NCBI GenBank assembly: GCA_002633005.1
Contig: NMRA01000226.1
Span: 3,728-67,727 of the forward strand
DNA length: 64,000 bases
Direction of reading: 5' to 3'
Origin: Phoronis australis
Lineage: Eukaryota; Animalia; Phoronida
Each line of letters opens with the position of its first letter. Positions within the stretch are counted from its first letter, which is position 1. Both the position numbers and the translations under genes were made by a program. The notes beneath the pieces were generated by a model that did not search any database, was not told the origin of the DNA, and was given only the letters and a program-made list of their open reading frames with translations. Below are positions 61,729-64,000 of the stretch, piece by piece.

Positions 61729-63604
61729 CACGCACACATATGCACAGGCACACACACAACTCGGAAACGATGGCTAGGTGGAAGCTGTAGGCAGGAATGT
61801 GGAGTGTTCATGCATATAGATTCAATTTGCGAGAGTCCCAGTTCATCATTATTATTATTGTTATAATTGTTGTTGTTATTATCATGGTGCTCATAATTCC
61901 CCTAAGTGTGCATAATTCCTGACATTGAGTTTTGCTTTCAATGATCTTTTTGATCAGCTTATGACTATCGCTTTCATCAGTATGCCTACTGTATATATTA
62001 ACCAAGTCTTGACTTGAACCCAGTCTTGGCTGTTAACTGTGTGTAATATTCTGACATTTTCCTTACAAAATGAACAGTAGTCAAGGTTCAAATTAGAAGA
62101 CAAGGCACTGAACAGCTGACTGGCAAATCATAAAAATTGTGCAAAAATGACCACCAGAGTATACGTGCCTTTTTGTGCAAGTGCAATAGAGGTGATCCCT
62201 TCCTTGTCACAATTTTGCATTTTCAGAGCAAGATGATTGGGCACAAATTGCTCTACCTTGACAAACGGGTCACAAATGTTTGTCACCGTGGTGTCAGTTT
62301 GCTCCATGTCAGTTGTGACATACTTGCGCTTGATCATCTTGTTGGGTGTCAGCTGTTCCGTGTCAACTTTTGTCAAGTGTAGACGGCACTTGTGTATTAG
62401 GTAGAGTTACTAGATAATACATTCATTTGGGACTTTAAATAAATTCATCTATGAATACAAGCTTACTTGAAAAAAAAGAGTGGCACTCGTTCTGGTTAAA
62501 GGCAGGTATGCTATCTTGCTTAGAGCGTATTGATAGTGATGAGAAGTTTTTGTGTTAGTTCTATGATCGTTGAATTGTCAGACGGTTATGTTTCCGAAGA
62601 AGGAGTTGCTTACCGTCTGAGCAAGATTTTATGAAACGGTGAGTATTATTACCTTGCTTGTGTACACTTAGTGAAATGGTCGCCGCTGAAATGATTGTCT
62701 GGCAATGCTAGAATGTTGAATGTTCTGCCTGAACAGAGACGTACACTCTGTATCTAAACCAATTACTGTTTTCCTGCAAGTGTCCAATTTGCAACAACCT
62801 TGGCCGACGAAATGCAACCCAACTGTAGCAGCTGACGCTTTGTTGCAGATTGATCAATCCAGACCATTGCAGTATATGTTAGTGACTGGTCTTCTCCCCT
62901 ACACGACGTATCAGGTCAACATATCGGCCAAACCCTACGTTAAAGTGAAGGACACGATGCAAGAAATGGGCTTCTGGAGCGACAATGTGACCGCTGTCAA
63001 AACCACTCCTACTGATGGTAACTGTACTCGCACCCTGGAATATTTACCAAGTTGTGTTCTATAACTGTAATCTCTCTTCAATTTCCCTTATAGATTGTGT
63101 TTTTTCAAAGGGCTGGTGTGGTTTATTTATAACTGAAAGTGGTCACAATGTTTCCCATAATATTCAAGATCTTTCTGTACAAATAATAGAAAAACTCCAA
63201 AACCCCAGTACCCCTCACAGACTGAAAAGAGAACAATATTGGATAGATAAGCTCAATACACTAGAACCTCATGGATTAAACATAAAAACTTATCAAATTA
63301 TATCATTGAATTTTTTCCGCAAAAGTGTATCATATTCATTACGCCATATCTTAAATGTCAATTGTCATATAGTGTTTGATTTTACTTTATTTCTGTTTCT
63401 GTTGACAAAGGACATTATTACATCCGAAAATTTTAGTTGATTCATTCTTGTTGTTTTATTTACCTATTTACTGATGTTGCCGTAATTTATCGCGGTGATC
63501 ATTCATTGTTTTCAGTGCCCAGCGCATCACCAGACCTCCTACCTGGCTCATACCGCAGACATGGTTGCAACGCCATCCACTGTAAAGTCACAATGATGTG
63601 GCCG
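48829..63604 (+). CDS. Class I cytokine receptor (gp130/IL6ST/domeless-like), 5' part: join(48829-48916,50886-51167,54481-54616,56102-56307,57399-57547,62849-63017,63516-63604); continues beyond the window
   Basis: Seven phase-compatible GT-AG exons, 373 open codons: signal peptide, Ig domain, cytokine-binding D1 (CMVHNWMSMNCTFDRGRDTWL, VRGTNSLA), IVKP hinge, FN3 D2 with LLPYTTY and GFWSD, then the start of a further FN3. Confidence 0.88.
49491..49620 (+). repeat. Perfect 65-bp tandem duplication
   Basis: ATTTTATATCAACCACTTGATAATGG...CCCAGTGCAGGC occurs twice. Confidence 0.9.
49650..50507 (+). mobile_element. 3' end of a CR1/L2(Crack)-group LINE with (TTA)n tail
   Basis: VYCSTVWSGC...KAQKQVARLVL...GWLNI / PTYLS...KSFFIQTIKQWNNLP; 3' UTR followed by AATAAA and (TTA)n. 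Confidence 0.88.
50886..51167 (+). CDS. Cytokine receptor exon: Ig-like domain
   Basis: GSKLSLTC...VSIVNSSTAMLIIDNATVKDGGFYRC; TTCTTGCAG acceptor, GTAAGT donor, phase 1-1. Confidence 0.92.
51471..52516 (+). mobile_element. Helentron-associated (HINE-like) non-autonomous element with an internal ~145-bp tandem array, copy 1
   Basis: 5' ATGCGCCCAC-ATATAAATAT-GTGGGCACAT inverted repeat; monomers marked by cCTAGTGGC and TGAAATTTGG. Confidence 0.7.
52821..54114 (+). mobile_element. HINE-like element, copy 2 (complete ends)
   Basis: 5' ATGCACCCAC palindrome, (TCCG)n stretch, tandem monomers, 3' subTIR GTGGGCGCAT (54082) and hairpin CAACGCtccGCGTTG, T-rich flank. Confidence 0.78.
54481..54616 (+). 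CDS. Cytokine receptor exon: first half of cytokine-binding D1
   Basis: YIPTKVDAKSIKCMVHNWMSMNCTFDRGRDTWLPSTEYVIEY; CTACCAG acceptor, AG|GTATGT donor. Confidence 0.92.
55165..56056 (+). mobile_element. HINE-like element, copy 3 (older, 5' end missing)
   Basis: Same monomer motifs TGCCCCCTAGTGGC and TGCCACCTAGTGGC; ends GGGTGCATTTCAAC. Confidence 0.6.
56102..56307 (+). CDS. Cytokine receptor exon: second half of D1
   Basis: CHDCPVAGDGYCYW...YGMRVRGTNSLAPKGVFS...EWI; CATTCAG acceptor, G|GTAAGA donor. Confidence 0.9.
57399..57547 (+). CDS. Cytokine receptor exon: first half of FN3 D2
   Basis: VKPAAVRNAVIRVVNSTSINVTWE; TGTTGTAG acceptor, CAG|GTGAGC donor. Confidence 0.88.
59534..60152 (+). mobile_element. 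Diverged copy of the 25634-26546 TIR element family
   Basis: Shared internal blocks and 3' terminus. Confidence 0.6.
61682..61758 (+). repeat. (CA)n microsatellite
   Basis: Direct inspection. Confidence 0.97.
62849..63017 (+). CDS. Cytokine receptor exon: second half of FN3 D2 with WSXWS-like GFWSD
   Basis: VTGLLPYTTYQVNISAKP...GFWSDNVTAVKTTPTD; TGTTGCAG acceptor, G|GTAACT donor. Confidence 0.92.
63141..63290 (+). mobile_element. Penelope-like element fragment (C-terminus of GIY-YIG endonuclease)
   Basis: HNVSHNIQDLSVQIIEKL...RLKREQYWIDKLNTLEPHGLN, the typical Penelope terminal RE..WI..L.T..P.GLN motif. Confidence 0.85.
63516..63604 (+). CDS. Cytokine receptor exon: start of the next FN3 domain
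   Basis: VPSASPDLLPGSYRRHGCNAIHCKVTMMWP; TTTTCAG acceptor, CCG|GTAAGT donor. Confidence 0.85.
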
Positions 63605-64000
63605 GTAAGTTGATTTTCAATGTCATCTGTTGGGACCACAAACGTAGTGAAATTCAGATGTGCCCCTTAACATCTCCTGTACACACAATGCGATCAATTC
63701 GCATATACTACTTAAATCTACCCTTAAGTTTCCATGACATGTACTTCTTGAACATGAAATACTTAACAAGAAATCCAAGAAATGCAGATAATAAAACTAG
63801 TAAAACTAGTAAAAATAGAATGACGAGCGTCGTTGCTAAAATATATTAAAATAATTATCCTCCTCGTTTCAAGCGATGCCCTCTTTCTTGAGGGTATGAT
63901 ATTGTTACAGAGTATACCACCATGTGGTCACCTGTGCGTTTTTATTTTTATCCAATCTACTTGGCAGTCTGTATCATACCCTTGACAAAGAGCGCATCGC

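Overview
Eukaryotic genomic DNA from an AT-rich, repeat-dense, intron-containing animal genome, most likely a marine invertebrate (inference); no prokaryotic operons, CRISPR arrays, rRNA or tRNA genes were found. Two spliced host genes can be assembled by hand with phase-consistent GT-AG introns, both on the + strand. (1) About 3802-19481: a 9-exon, ~996-aa six-transmembrane K+ channel with a TSTGYGD filter, C-linker and a degenerate cyclic-nucleotide-binding domain. It resembles one repeat of a CNGK-type channel and is preceded by a ~480-aa low-complexity exon; its 5' end is uncertain. (2) From 48829 past the window end: a class I cytokine receptor of gp130/domeless type (signal peptide, Ig domain, cytokine-binding module with GFWSD, FN3). 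The rest is mostly mobile DNA: a decayed Gmr1-type Ty3/Gypsy element (integrase before RT) in a channel intron, whose surviving LTR carries four heat-shock elements in front of a TATA box; an Academ transposase remnant interrupted by a MULE-like MITE; a hAT element with a 5-bp TSD splitting a LINE; a THAP-bearing Kolobok-like foldback; Harbinger-like MITEs; LINE and Penelope fragments; palindromic elements; and Helentron-like (HINE) elements whose ~145-bp tandem monomers each carry a CTCF-consensus-like motif. Two N-gaps are each flanked by near-identical duplicated sequence, probably uncollapsed haplotypes. All calls are by eye; no database searches were run.
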